Assembly: GCA_963696295.1 (NCBI GenBank)
Contig: CAVOJR010000001.1
Span: forward strand, 2,240,001-2,304,000
Source of the DNA: an uncultured Chlamydiae bacterium
GTDB lineage: Bacteria > Chlamydiota > Chlamydiia > Chlamydiales > JAJFMB01
Direction: 5' to 3'
DNA: 64,000 nt
Shown: positions 63,604 to 64,000 of the stretch, piece after piece
Position numbering within the stretch: the stretch's first letter is position 1
Layout of the letters: every line of letters starts with the position of its first letter
Notes under the pieces: generated by a model
Databases searched by the model: none
What the model was told of the DNA's origin: nothing
Seen by the model: only the letters and a program-made list of their open reading frames with translations
Made by a program: the position numbers and the translations under genes

Positions 63604-64000
63604 ATGGGACAAAAGACAAATCCGATTGGGTTCCGCCTCATTCGCAAAAAAAATTGGCGCTCAAAATGGTACGCCAATAAGCAAGAATTTGGAAATATGC
63701 TCGTAGAGGATTTTAGAATCCGTGAGTGTTTGCTAAAGAAACCCATATGTGTTGGGACTTCGAAAATTCGCATCAGAAGAATGAGCGAAAAGGTTGAAGT
63801 CACGATTTGTACGGCAAGACCTGGTCTCGTTATCGGGAAAAAGGGAACTGAAATCGATGTTCTCAAGAAAGAACTGTCACAACTTACTGGCAAAGAAGTC
63901 TGGATCGAAGTTGAAGAGATTAAGAGACCTGACCTGGATGCCAAAATTGTCGCTGACAGCATTGCAAAACAATTAGAGAGACGTATTCCTTTCCGTCGTG
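63604..64000 (+). CDS. rpsC: 30S ribosomal protein S3, runs off the right edge
   Basis: MGQKTNPIGFRL..W.SKWYA..TARPGLVIGKKG. Confidence 0.98.
   Translation, partial: MGQKTNPIGFRLIRKKNWRSKWYANKQEFGNMLVEDFRIRECLLKKPICVGTSKIRIRRMSEKVEVTICTARPGLVIGKKGTEIDVLKKELSQLTGKEVWIEVEEIKRPDLDAKIVADSIAKQLERRIPFRR

Overview
This window comes from an environmental chlamydia (phylum Chlamydiota, Parachlamydiales-like). The assignment rests on gene content and order: comEC-ptsH-ptsI-ybaB-dnaX, a solitary groEL paralogue, murF-mraY-murD-LysM-ftsW, an S10-type operon starting at rplC without rpsJ, an SycD-like chaperone and Cys-rich porins. The core backbone is interrupted by accessory, effector-like genes: a 3616-aa DUF3638/DUF3645-type P-loop protein, a 1238-aa vWA+RING protein, a type-II-PI4K-like kinase, Inc-like membrane proteins and an orphan TPR chaperone with a small partner. 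Signals missed by the ORF track include: (i) a 53-bp tandem repeat in an ABC operon that builds two 18-aa mini-ORFs relaying ATGA stop/start coupling; (ii) a 161-bp palindromic MITE/RPE-like element that is also an open frame; (iii) a structured 5' leader of a Na+-dependent transporter sharing a core with that element; (iv) a structured rplC leader; (v) a 38-aa membrane microprotein; (vi) two probable pseudogenes. Two tRNA genes are present (His, Cys). No CRISPR array, rRNA, transposase or prophage was seen. All family calls are by-eye motif recognition, not database searches.
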